Shown: in pieces, positions 10,414 through 19,023 of the stretch
How positions within the stretch are numbered: position 1 is the stretch's first letter
Layout: the number at the start of each line of letters is the position of its first letter
Assembly: GCA_018304425.1 (NCBI GenBank)
Contig: JAGVWE010000003.1
Coordinates: 96,001 to 160,000, forward strand
Source: Candidatus Iainarchaeum sp.
GTDB lineage: Archaea > Iainarchaeota > Iainarchaeia > Iainarchaeales > UBA10219
Length of the DNA stretch: 64,000 bases
Direction: 5' to 3'
Made by a program: the position numbers and the translations under genes
The notes under the pieces: generated by a model
Seen by the model: the letters and a program-made list of their open reading frames with translations, nothing else
What the model was told of the DNA's origin: nothing
The model's database searches: none

Positions 10414-10923
10414 ATGGCCTTGCTCTTGGAAAACAAGGTGCTCGTGCACGAGCGGAGGACGGCCGACCAGTTCACCCAAAAGGGCTTCGGCGAGCGCGAA
10501 GACCGCGACCTCGTCCTCGACCTCTGGGAAGCCGCTTACCTCTGCGACAAGGAAAAACTCGAAGTCGTGGACGAGCACCGCAAGCCGGTTGCCCGCGACC
10601 AGTTGCTGGCCCACGCCGGCAAGAAGGACAAGCGGTTTTACTCGAAGTACCTGGTCTACGCCGACCTCCGCACCCGCGGCTACATCGTGAAGACCGGCTT
10701 CAAGTTCGGGGCCGACTTCCGCGTCTACCCCCGCGGCAAGAAACCCGGCGAAGCCCACACCGAGTGGGTCGTGCACGTCTTCACCCAGGACGACAAGTTC
10801 ACGTTCACCGAGTTCAGCCGCATGGTGCGCCTCGCCGGCAACCTGAAAACCAAGATGCTGGCCGCGGTCGTGGACGCCGAAAACGCAGTCAACTATTACG
10901 CCGTTGACCGCGTGACGCCGTGA
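10414..10923 (+). CDS. endA: tRNA-splicing (intron) endonuclease
   Basis: YLVYADLRTRGYIVKTGFKFGADFRVY, catalytic His in EAHTEW, C-terminal AVVD...VNYY. Confidence 0.93.
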   Translation: MALLLENKVLVHERRTADQFTQKGFGEREDRDLVLDLWEAAYLCDKEKLEVVDEHRKPVARDQLLAHAGKKDKRFYSKYLVYADLRTRGYIVKTGFKFGADFRVYPRGKKPGEAHTEWVVHVFTQDDKFTFTEFSRMVRLAGNLKTKMLAAVVDAENAVNYYAVDRVTP

Positions 10924-10932
10924 ATGGCCAGG

Positions 10933-11208
10933 TCAATCTACCCTCACCCCCAGCGTCCGGCGGATGATAGACTTGATTTCCTGCGCACGCTCCGGATTGA
11001 GGGAGACCTGGAGGCCATAATTGGTTGGCTTCTTGAACACCAACCCCATGTGAATGAGCTCGTCGGCGGCCTCCATGGCTTTGCCCCTCAAATGGGATTT
11101 AAAGCCGCGGGCCACGTGTTCATAGGCTGCATGGGAGCCGCCGTATTTATGGCGTCTGTGGAGGTTGTAAAGCACTTCCGCCATAATTACGTCAAATGAC
11201 GTGTCCAT
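10933..11208 (-). CDS. Small hypothetical protein (GGxH...KP-x-x-YGLQVSLN family), copy 1
   Basis: Clear paralog of 44084..44341; shares GG(S/K)H and YGLQVSLN. Confidence 0.8.
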   Translation of the reverse strand: MDTSFDVIMAEVLYNLHRRHKYGGSHAAYEHVARGFKSHLRGKAMEAADELIHMGLVFKKPTNYGLQVSLNPERAQEIKSIIRRTLGVRVD

Positions 11209-11263
11209 GTAATCATACTTTCAACGTATGTTCTTAAATACCTGAGCTGCACAAGGTTCTACT

Positions 11264-11617
11264 ATGGAAAAATACGAATACGGGCCCACCATTACCACGG
11301 AATTTTTTGGCGACACCCCCTTCTGGAGGCTTGTGGACGAGTTCATTGCCGGCATCCACCAAGACTTCTCCAAAAAGGAAATCACTGAAATCGCTTGCGT
11401 CAGCAAGGCAGCCACCTTCAAGCACTGGCCCAAGCTCGTGAAGTACGGCCTCATCAAGCCCACCCGCCGCTACGGCAAGGCCCAGCTCTATACCCTCAAC
11501 CGCGAAAGCAAGCTGGTGAAGGCCCTGCTCCAACTGGAATGGGAACTCATCGACCGCGAACCCCTCCCCACCAAAACCGAGCAAGCGGTGGCTGCGCCTG
11601 CCACAAAAGCAAAGTGA
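11264..11617 (+). CDS. Winged-helix transcriptional regulator-like protein, copy 1
   Basis: FFGDTP...DFSKKEITEIACVSKAATFKHWPKLVKYGLIKPTRRYGKAQLYTLN; paralog of 44435..44779. Confidence 0.82.
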   Translation: MEKYEYGPTITTEFFGDTPFWRLVDEFIAGIHQDFSKKEITEIACVSKAATFKHWPKLVKYGLIKPTRRYGKAQLYTLNRESKLVKALLQLEWELIDREPLPTKTEQAVAAPATKAK

Positions 11618-11790
11618 AACCGGGCAAAACGCATATTAATTCCGGCCCAACCAATTATGGCATGCCCCATGGACCCCGCGGCTATTATGCCGCGTCCTTC
11701 GTGGACGTTGGATGAGGCTTTGCCTGGGTTTCACCCACCCATATATAAAGTTTCAGCATCAATGGATTGTAATTCCTTGAGTGGGCCGCC

Positions 11791-12714
11791 ATGATTTGCT
11801 TGATTGCCTTGGTCGTTTTCGGCGTGCTAGCCATCTTCAGCGCCAAGCATAGGCCATTGGCCCGGGAAGCCCTGGACTGTGTGCTGCGCCGCATCACGTT
11901 CCGGCCCTGCGTGGCCAACCTCGACCAGAAGCTCAAGGGCCAGACCGCGGGCTGGCTGCTCGAACACGCGCCCTGGCTTGCCAAGCCAGTCTACAAGAAC
12001 TTTGAATTTATTTCCTGGGTTTTCACCTTCCTCCTCTTCCTGAGCATCGCGGGCTCGCTGTGGGGGTTCTACAACTGGTGGGCTTATGGCAACTGCAATG
12101 GCCCCGAGCAAACGGGTTTCTGCGTGTTCAACGCGGTGGCGAAAGGCGAGGGCCTTAACTGGGGCTCCCTACTTGGCTTGAAGCCCGCGCTCACGCGGCC
12201 GGAAGGCAAAGCCGGTTGGCTGATTGGAAGCCCGGACGCGGAACTCACCGTCATCGAGTTTGGTTGCTACTCGTGTCCCTACACCAAGCAAGCCGAGCCC
12301 GTGGTCAAGCAATTGCTGGAACACTACCAGGGCCGCGTAAACGTTTTGTTCAAGGTGTTCCCGATTCCCGCGCACCCCTACGCCAAGGAGATGGCGTTGG
12401 CCGCCGAGGCCGCCGGCATGCAGGGAAAGTGGCTGGAAATGCACGAAAAACTGTTTGAACGCCAGGACTTCGCGAGGCTGAACGGCGAAAAAGAAATCAA
12501 GGCGATTGCAGGGAGCCTGGGACTGGACTTGGAGCGGTTTGAAAGAGACTTCAAGTCCGCGCAAGCCTTTGAACGCGTGGTCGCGACTTCTGCGGAGGGC
12601 GAGAAGGCCGGCATCTACGGCACGCCCACCTTTTTCATCGGCGAAAAAACCGTGGTCGGCCCCAAAGAGTTCGAAGAAATGCGGGCACTGATTGACGGCG
12701 AACTCGGAAAGTGA
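11791..12714 (+). CDS. Membrane-anchored DsbA-family thioredoxin-fold protein
   Basis: N-terminal TM segments; GSPDAELTVIEFGCYSCPYT; FPIPAHP; GIYGTPTFFI cis-Pro loop. Confidence 0.88.
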   Translation: MICLIALVVFGVLAIFSAKHRPLAREALDCVLRRITFRPCVANLDQKLKGQTAGWLLEHAPWLAKPVYKNFEFISWVFTFLLFLSIAGSLWGFYNWWAYGNCNGPEQTGFCVFNAVAKGEGLNWGSLLGLKPALTRPEGKAGWLIGSPDAELTVIEFGCYSCPYTKQAEPVVKQLLEHYQGRVNVLFKVFPIPAHPYAKEMALAAEAAGMQGKWLEMHEKLFERQDFARLNGEKEIKAIAGSLGLDLERFERDFKSAQAFERVVATSAEGEKAGIYGTPTFFIGEKTVVGPKEFEEMRALIDGELGK

Positions 12715-12784
12715 GCCTCTCGGCTGGCGGGAAAGAAAATGAAGGGGCAAGAGGATAGCTCCTCTTGAACCTTTGCCGTGAAGC

Positions 12785-12961
12785 TTAAAAGTCGTAGGGC
12801 TTTACGGTCTTGCGGCCGTTGGACTCGCATCTCTTGCAGGCCTGCTTGAGCCTTCGCTCGACGAAGTCGTTCAAGGCGTCATAGGTTTCTGCCGAGATCA
12901 TCATGTTCTGGCCCCTAATGAGCTCCGCGATCTTGGACTTAACGATTAATTGCTCCGCCAT
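12785..12961 (-). CDS. Short histone-fold protein (Bd0055/face-to-face-like), copy B, 58 aa, missing from the ORF track
   Basis: Manual translation MAEQLIVKSKIAELIRGQNMMISAETYDALNDFVERRLKQACKRCESNGRKTVKPYDF; GGAGG RBS upstream; RKTV..D histone L2 motif. Confidence 0.88.
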   Translation of the reverse strand: MAEQLIVKSKIAELIRGQNMMISAETYDALNDFVERRLKQACKRCESNGRKTVKPYDF

Positions 12962-12986
12962 GTGTGTTGCCTCCTTTTCCTTCCTT

Positions 12987-13169
12987 TTACTGGGTCAAGT
13001 CGTAGGGCTTAACCGTCTTCCTGCCGTTTGCCTGGCATCGCTCGCAGGCCCGCTTCACCTTGCTTGCTACCAGCATGCTCAAGGTGTCGTAGGCGTCCGA
13101 GGAAACCATCATGTTCTGGCCCCTGATTGTCTCAGCGACCTTGGACTTCACGATGTATGCTTCGACCAT
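12987..13169 (-). CDS. Short histone-fold protein (Bd0055/face-to-face-like), copy A
   Basis: MVEAYIVKSKVAETIRGQNMMVSSDAYDTLS...ACERCQANGRKTVKPYDL; GGAGGT RBS; TTTTATAAA box upstream. Confidence 0.88.
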   Translation of the reverse strand: MVEAYIVKSKVAETIRGQNMMVSSDAYDTLSMLVASKVKRACERCQANGRKTVKPYDLTQ

Positions 13170-13332
13170 TGGATTACCTCCCTTCGGTTTACCCCATCAA
13201 TTGGGGCAATCCATCCAGTTAATGGCTACTCAATGCAATTAGTGGAAGGATTTATAAAAGCATAGCCAAAAACCCCCCCAAAACGGCCTCCAAATAGGGG
13301 TTTCACGGGCGAATTCGGGGGCTTCCCTGGGT

Positions 13333-13908
13333 TCACGTAAACACGAAGAATAAGCCGAATAACACGAACAGGCCACCTGAAACCAGCTTGAGTTGCTTGC
13401 GGGGCAGCCATTGCTGGAGTTTCCGGCCCAAGAAAATGCTCAACGCGCTGGCCAAGCCAAGGCCCAACGCGACCCCGGCCAGCACCTCAAAGGGGTGGCC
13501 CCACTGAAGGGCCAGCAAGCCCGCCGTTAGCTGGGATTTGTCTCCGAACTCGCTGAAGAAGATGGTGCCAAAGGCGGCCACGAAGGCGTTGCCGGCCTCA
13601 AAGGCCCGGGGTTCGCGCCCGGAACCGTCCTTGAAAGCCCGGTACAAGGAGTAAACGCCCAAACCCACGAACAAGAGGCCACCGCCTGCCTTGACGACCG
13701 ACAAGGGCACGAGCCGGGTGAGCGCGGCCCCAAAGTAGATGGCTACGCCGTCCACGATGATTTCCGCGAACCAGGCCCCCAAGAACACGTGCCAGGCCGA
13801 GCGATAACGAGTTGCAAGGGCCAACAAGAGGAGCTGGGTCTTGTCGCCGACCTCGGCAAGGAACAGGAGGGCAAACGCTGAAACGACGGCTTCCAGGCTA
13901 AAATTCAT
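13333..13908 (-). CDS. TMEM165/GDT1 (UPF0016) family Ca2+/Mn2+ transporter
   Basis: Two E-x-G-D-K-(T/S)-Q motifs (AEVGDKTQ, SEFGDKSQ). Confidence 0.92.
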   Translation of the reverse strand: MNFSLEAVVSAFALLFLAEVGDKTQLLLLALATRYRSAWHVFLGAWFAEIIVDGVAIYFGAALTRLVPLSVVKAGGGLLFVGLGVYSLYRAFKDGSGREPRAFEAGNAFVAAFGTIFFSEFGDKSQLTAGLLALQWGHPFEVLAGVALGLGLASALSIFLGRKLQQWLPRKQLKLVSGGLFVLFGLFFVFT

Positions 13909-14669
13909 GGCAACGCCTCACCAGCCCTCACTTCGGCCAGCACCCGCTCCTTCACGGCAGGAAAGTCAATGGAAAAAAGCTTTTCAAGCAATGCCTTCCG
14001 CTGGAAGCCCTTGCCTTCCAGGAATTCATCCAAGGACATGACCGGCTTTCCCCTGACCCGGGTCTCGCCTTCCTGCGAGACCGCCAGCGGTTTGATGATG
14101 CCCTCCCCAATCAACTCGTCCACGAACTGCACCAGCCGCTTTTCGAGTTCTTCCTTGACGCGCGCCCACGCATAGTCGTCCGCATAGTAACGGTGATAGG
14201 CTTGCGCGAGTTCCCGGTTGGAGACGCGCCGCTCGCGGTGCTCGGGAAACGAGGCCGGAAAGAAGTCGTCCGGGCACGAGGTGCCCGCGAACTTCACCAG
14301 GCCGGTGTCGGGCTCCACGAAGGCCGGGCGCACGGGAAACGCGCGACAGTAAACAGGTCGGTGCGCATAATTCGCGCACCGGTTGTCCTCGCGCAGGAAC
14401 AGGCACGGCTCGGAAGCCGAGCACCAGCTGACGCCAATCGCTTGGCCGCTCAACTCATCCCACACCACGCGGCCCCAGCGGATGTCCACCTGCTTCCCCT
14501 GCCGCTTGGCTTCGCGTTCGAAAATTTCTTTTTCGGCCAGGTTCAAGGGCAAGCCGTTGTCCAAGACAAAAAAATGGCCGTAGCTCTGGTTGTGGTAGAA
14601 TTCCTTGCAGCACTTGCCGCACTCGGTGCACTTGAATGGCACAATCGCTGGCCGGGCCTCGGATGCCAT
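13905..14669 (-). CDS. YkgJ-family CxxCxxCC (Zn/Fe-S chelating) protein
   Basis: FKCTECGKCC, PCLFLREDNRC...Y.HRPVYCRAFP. Confidence 0.88.
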   Translation of the reverse strand: MASEARPAIVPFKCTECGKCCKEFYHNQSYGHFFVLDNGLPLNLAEKEIFEREAKRQGKQVDIRWGRVVWDELSGQAIGVSWCSASEPCLFLREDNRCANYAHRPVYCRAFPVRPAFVEPDTGLVKFAGTSCPDDFFPASFPEHRERRVSNRELAQAYHRYYADDYAWARVKEELEKRLVQFVDELIGEGIIKPLAVSQEGETRVRGKPVMSLDEFLEGKGFQRKALLEKLFSIDFPAVKERVLAEVRAGEALP

Positions 14670-14721
14670 GAAAGTAATGGCCGGGAAAAGCCTTATTAAC
14701 CCAGAATTCCTTTATGGGGGC

Positions 14722-15954
14722 ATGGAGCCTCTTTTGCTCATGGTTTCCCTGGTGGCGCTTGCATTCGCCGCGCAAGAGGCCTGCCGGTTCCTGCGGTTTC
14801 CCCGCGTCATCGGCTACATTGGAGTCGGCGTGCTCATCGGGCTGCAGCCCCTGCGCGCCCTCTGGTACAACGGGGAAAACACGCAAATCCTGGCCTTCCT
14901 GGCCCAGGTTGGCATCGTGCTGTTGTTCTTCTTCAGCGGTCTCGAAATCAGCTTGAAGCAGTTCAGGAAAAACTTTTCCCTGTCCTCCAAGGCCGCTTTC
15001 CTCAACACGCTCATTCCCCTGGCCCTCGGCTTCCTGGCGGCCAGGCAACTGGGCTTCAACGACATGGCTTCGGCCGTCATCGGCGTGAGCCTCTCGGTGT
15101 CCGCGGCCTCGCTGTCCGTGGAACTCCTCGAGGAAATGGACCTGCTCAAGAGCCGGCTCGCACAGGCCATCCTCTCCATCGCCGCGCTGAGCGACGTCCT
15201 ACAACTGGTGGCCATTTCCCTGCTGCTGGCCTGGCTCGGCGTGTCCGGCACCGGCCTCGCCCTCTACGCCGTGCCCCTCCAGTTCCTGGCCTTTGCCTTG
15301 GTCTTCCTGTTCTTCCGACAAATCATCGCGCCCAAAATCATCGCGCTGGCGGAAGCCCAGCAAAGCCACGCCACCCACTTCTCGGCCGCCCTGCTCATCA
15401 CCCTCCTGCTCGCGGTCATCGCCGAAGCGCTGGGCCTGGGCGTGCTGGTCGGCGCGATGTTCGGCGGCGCACTCGTACGCCACATCCTCCTAAGCAAGGC
15501 GGTCCACAAGCCCTGGGAAGAACACCAGCTCGCGGAAAGCGTGCACACGTTTTCCTTCGGCTTCTTCGTGCCCATGTTCTACGTGTGGGTGGGCTTCAAC
15601 ACGGGCTTGACCGAGCTCGCAGCCAACTGGTGGCTTGGCCTGCTGTTTGCGGTCATCGCATCCATCGGCAGCCTCACCGGCACCATCCTCGGCTCGCGGG
15701 GATCCGGCAAATCACTCAACGAGTCCCTGGTCATCGGCTGGGGCATCAACGGCAAGGGAGACGTTGAATTGGTGCTTGCGGCGCTCGCCCTCAAGGTTGG
15801 ATGGATTGACGCGGCCTTGTTTTCAACGCTGGTCTTGATGGCGGCCCTGACCATGTTCGCCTCCACCTTCATGTTCCAGCGCGCGGTCAAGCAGTGCACG
15901 CCCGAGCTGCTCAAGGAAGGCGAAATCAGCCAAGAACAGGCGGCCTCGTACTAA
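14722..15954 (+). CDS. Cation:proton antiporter (CPA2, KefB/NapA-like)
   Basis: PRVIGYIGVGVLIG, GIVLLFFFSGLE, FFVPMFY; about 12 TM segments. Confidence 0.9.
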   Translation: MEPLLLMVSLVALAFAAQEACRFLRFPRVIGYIGVGVLIGLQPLRALWYNGENTQILAFLAQVGIVLLFFFSGLEISLKQFRKNFSLSSKAAFLNTLIPLALGFLAARQLGFNDMASAVIGVSLSVSAASLSVELLEEMDLLKSRLAQAILSIAALSDVLQLVAISLLLAWLGVSGTGLALYAVPLQFLAFALVFLFFRQIIAPKIIALAEAQQSHATHFSAALLITLLLAVIAEALGLGVLVGAMFGGALVRHILLSKAVHKPWEEHQLAESVHTFSFGFFVPMFYVWVGFNTGLTELAANWWLGLLFAVIASIGSLTGTILGSRGSGKSLNESLVIGWGINGKGDVELVLAALALKVGWIDAALFSTLVLMAALTMFASTFMFQRAVKQCTPELLKEGEISQEQAASY

Positions 15955-15960
15955 GCTGGC

Positions 15961-16659
15961 CTAGTGCCCGTGCTCGTCCAGGTCGTGGACTTGCGCGTGC
16001 TTTTTCTTCTCGTCTTCGGGCTTGGGTTTGGGCACCGGCTTGAGTTTCGCATAAAAGCCTTTGAGGAGCCGGGTGGCCTCGGCTTTCTTGAGGAGCCCGC
16101 GTTGTACGCCCGCGTCCACGATTTCGTCAAGAGCGCAAAGCGGAGCAAAGGGGACCTCGAGCCACGCGAAGGACTTCTGGTTGACCTTGGGGTTGGCGTC
16201 CACGATGGCCAAAAGCAGGGGCACGCGGCACCACCGCTGCCGGAGGGCGCGCAAGGCGGAAACCCATTCCAGGGTGTTGTCGAGCACGCTTTCCACGCAC
16301 ACGACGAAGTGGTTGCGGAGGAAAAACCCTTCTACGTGGTGCCGTTGCTCGCCGGTCTCGCCCAGCATTTCCGTCAAGTAAATGAGGGGCTTTTCCTGGC
16401 GGTCGGCGAGCCACGCCGCCCACGGCAGCGAGTCAAAGCCCACCGCGGCAAAGGAGTCCACCTTTGCCTGCCGAAGGTCCACCAGCTCGGACTCCAAGTG
16501 CTCGAGGATGGCCTTCCGGGTCTCGGGAAAGGCCAGGGCCATGGCCGGGTGAACAGCCAAGGCGAGTTCTTCCCTGCGCACGCCCGCCACTTTCACGGAA
16601 CGCTTGAAGGAAACGACGCCCAAGTCGATGAGCTTGCCGACCAATTGGGAGCGGTCCAT
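15961..16659 (-). CDS. Orotate phosphoribosyltransferase-like protein with degenerate PRPP motif
   Basis: Overall PyrE layout (LPWAAWLAD..KPLIY, VEG, LLAIVD), but the PRPP loop reads VVCVESVLDNT instead of hhhhDDhhTTG. Confidence 0.6.
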   Translation of the reverse strand: MDRSQLVGKLIDLGVVSFKRSVKVAGVRREELALAVHPAMALAFPETRKAILEHLESELVDLRQAKVDSFAAVGFDSLPWAAWLADRQEKPLIYLTEMLGETGEQRHHVEGFFLRNHFVVCVESVLDNTLEWVSALRALRQRWCRVPLLLAIVDANPKVNQKSFAWLEVPFAPLCALDEIVDAGVQRGLLKKAEATRLLKGFYAKLKPVPKPKPEDEKKKHAQVHDLDEHGH

Positions 16660-16747
16660 GCAAGGAATGCATAGGAAAAAGGTTTTAAGCGGAAGCCCAA
16701 GAGAAAGCTTTTATATAACATCTATAGACTAATCTATAGTGATTTGA

Positions 16748-16987
16748 ATGGCTTATACTTCCATCCAGATTCAGCCCAAAACGCGCGAAAAACTTTCGGA
16801 ATTGAAGTTCGGCCCCCGCGAGACCTACGACGAACTTATCAACAAATTGCTGGCCTTGGTGCCTGCGGGCGATGACGAGGGAGAATACACCGACGAGTTT
16901 AGGGTCGGCCTTCTGAATGCACGCCTGGAATCCCTGCACGGAAAGGGCATCAGCCACGAGCAAGCCAAGAAAATAATGGGGCTGTAG
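16748..16987 (+). CDS. Antitoxin (RelB-like, archaeal)
   Basis: TSIQIQPKTREKLSELK...ETYDELINKL; C-terminal GKGISHEQAKKIMGL; directly upstream of RelE. Confidence 0.8.
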   Translation: MAYTSIQIQPKTREKLSELKFGPRETYDELINKLLALVPAGDDEGEYTDEFRVGLLNARLESLHGKGISHEQAKKIMGL

Positions 16988-16988
16988 C

Positions 16989-17255
16989 GTGCCTTGGTCG
17001 GTCAAGTGGATGCCCCAAGCATTACGGGATATGGAAGCCCTTGAAAAGAACGAGCGCGAGCGGATTGTAAGGAAAGTCGAAGAAGCCGCGGCAACCGACC
17101 CGTTCCGTGCTTTCCAGCGCCTGCGGGGATGCGACGAGCACCGCATGCGCGTGGGGGGTAATCGGGCCATCGCCCTCATCGCCCACTCCTCCAAAACGAT
17201 TGAAATCCATAGAGTCGGCCACCGCAAGCACATCTACAAGCGACTCTTCAAGTAA
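16989..17255 (+). CDS. RelE/ParE family toxin
   Basis: WSVKWMPQALRDMEALEK...RMRVGGNRAI...VGHRKHIYK. Confidence 0.88.
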   Translation: MPWSVKWMPQALRDMEALEKNERERIVRKVEEAAATDPFRAFQRLRGCDEHRMRVGGNRAIALIAHSSKTIEIHRVGHRKHIYKRLFK

Positions 17256-17263
17256 TGCCGGCG

Positions 17264-18370
17264 TTAGCTGGAAGTGGTCTCGCCGTGGCCACCCCGAAGC
17301 ATGGCTTTCGAAACCCAGGCCGCGTCGAAATCAATGAGATAGGCTTTGGGCTGGCGCTTGCCGTCGCGCCGCTCCCACTCGATGCAGGCATTGCCGAAAT
17401 GGGCGTGGTTGTGGTGGATGCCCAAATCCAGCAGTTTTCGATCGAGTTCCTCGACTTGCCGCACCAATTCCGCCCGGTGCTCGGGGTGCCGTTCGGCTTC
17501 CGCCGAGTTCAAGTAGGCGTCGACGGTGGTTCCCAAGACCTTGGCCATCACCCACACATAGCCATTCTTGTCCTTCCAGAACCATGGCTTCCCATTCGGA
17601 CTCTTGAGGATGGGTTCGACGGCCAGGCCCGCGTCAAAGGCCTTCTTCCAGGCCTCGAATGCCTCGGGGCGAACAATGCGAATGATGGCTTTTCCCGCGT
17701 GCCTGCCGCCCAACACAAGGAGGCGGGAGCCGGTTTTCTTGAACTTCCGGGCACGGATGCGAGGGCCCTGGAAAAACGAATAATCCCGTTCCCTGTAGGC
17801 CGGCGCATACAGGGGGTGGAGCCTGCGGCTGGCGGGCTTCAAGTGCGTCAAGGCTTTCGTGGCAGCGAGAGAGACCAGAGGCCTTTTCCTTTTGCCCCTG
17901 GCAGACCGCGCGAGCAAGCGGAAAACCGTCAGCCGGTTGCCGGAGGAGAGTGGCTTCGCCTGGTCTGCCCCCAGGCTTTTTTCCAGCCCCGTCAGCAGGG
18001 TTAACGCAAGTTCCGGCACCATGAAGGCGAGGCCCCGCTGACGGCTAAGCGCTTCCAGGACGGGGATAAACCGCGCGCCCTCCATCTCGGCGATGCCTTT
18101 GAGCTTGCCTTCGATTATCCAATAGCGTTCGTTCTTGGATTCGTCCATCAATTCCGGCAAGAGCTTTCGCGCATTCCAGGACAGGCCTTTAGTCAAGCGC
18201 TTGACGCTGGGCCGCGAGAGGAAGGCGGCCATCTGCGCGGTATAGTCGGTCTGATACTCCATCCTGAGGGGGTATCGGACCATTCGCGCGGCATGCTCTT
18301 TCCTGAACTTCTTGGCATAAACCGGTTGGGTCCGGGGTTTGATGGGGCGCGACCGCTTCCAGGACGGCAT
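17264..18370 (-). CDS. Basic protein with C-terminal protein-kinase-like (RIO/Kdo/APH-like) domain
   Basis: GIHHNHAHFGN catalytic-loop-like segment and YLIDFD (DFG-like); Arg-rich N-terminus. Confidence 0.65.
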   Translation of the reverse strand: MPSWKRSRPIKPRTQPVYAKKFRKEHAARMVRYPLRMEYQTDYTAQMAAFLSRPSVKRLTKGLSWNARKLLPELMDESKNERYWIIEGKLKGIAEMEGARFIPVLEALSRQRGLAFMVPELALTLLTGLEKSLGADQAKPLSSGNRLTVFRLLARSARGKRKRPLVSLAATKALTHLKPASRRLHPLYAPAYRERDYSFFQGPRIRARKFKKTGSRLLVLGGRHAGKAIIRIVRPEAFEAWKKAFDAGLAVEPILKSPNGKPWFWKDKNGYVWVMAKVLGTTVDAYLNSAEAERHPEHRAELVRQVEELDRKLLDLGIHHNHAHFGNACIEWERRDGKRQPKAYLIDFDAAWVSKAMLRGGHGETTSS

Positions 18371-18495
18371 ACCAATCCTTCGCAGGCCGCAAATATAAGG
18401 TTTTTGGGGAGGCTCCGGCGGCTTGTGGAGGGCCCCGGCGGTTTTAAATGGGTTTTGCTGGATTATCCCATTACTTTTCTTGGGGAGGTCATGGC

Positions 18496-19005
18496 ATGAG
18501 CGTCAAGGTTGGGGAAAGGGCCCCGGAGTTTCAGGCGGAGAGCACGGCTGGCAAGGTCGCGTTGAAGGACTTCAAGGGCAAGTGGGTGGTGTTGTTCTTT
18601 TACCCCCTGGACTTCACGTTTGTCTGCCCCACGGAAGTCGTTGAATTCAGCAAGCACTTGAAGTTGTTCAAGGACGCGAACACGGAAGTCCTGGGCTGCA
18701 GCATCGACTCGGTGCACGTCCACAAGGCGTGGACAAAGGAACTGGGTGGCCTCAACTACCCGCTCGTCTCGGACATCAACAAGGAGATGGGCCGCACGTA
18801 CGGGGTGCTCCTCGAAGACAAGGGCTATCACTTGCGCGGGTTGTTCATCATCGACCCCGATGGAATCATCCGCTACCAACTGGTGCACGACAACAGCGTG
18901 GGCCGAAGCGTGCAAGAAGTGTACCGGGTCCTGAAGGGCCTGCAGTCGGGTGGTTTATGCCCGGCCGAGTGGAAGCCGGGGCAAAAGACGCTCGAAGCGA
19001 AGTAA
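18496..19005 (+). CDS. ahpC: 2-Cys peroxiredoxin (AhpC/Tsa)
   Basis: FFYPLDFTFVCPTE, RGLFIIDP, CPAEW. Confidence 0.96.
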   Translation: MSVKVGERAPEFQAESTAGKVALKDFKGKWVVLFFYPLDFTFVCPTEVVEFSKHLKLFKDANTEVLGCSIDSVHVHKAWTKELGGLNYPLVSDINKEMGRTYGVLLEDKGYHLRGLFIIDPDGIIRYQLVHDNSVGRSVQEVYRVLKGLQSGGLCPAEWKPGQKTLEAK

Positions 19006-19023
19006 AGGAAAGGGGGGCAAACC

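Noticed and set aside
11677-11694. Hairpin CGCGGC-TATTAT-GCCGCG
   Set aside because: Single short stem with no supporting context; could arise by chance
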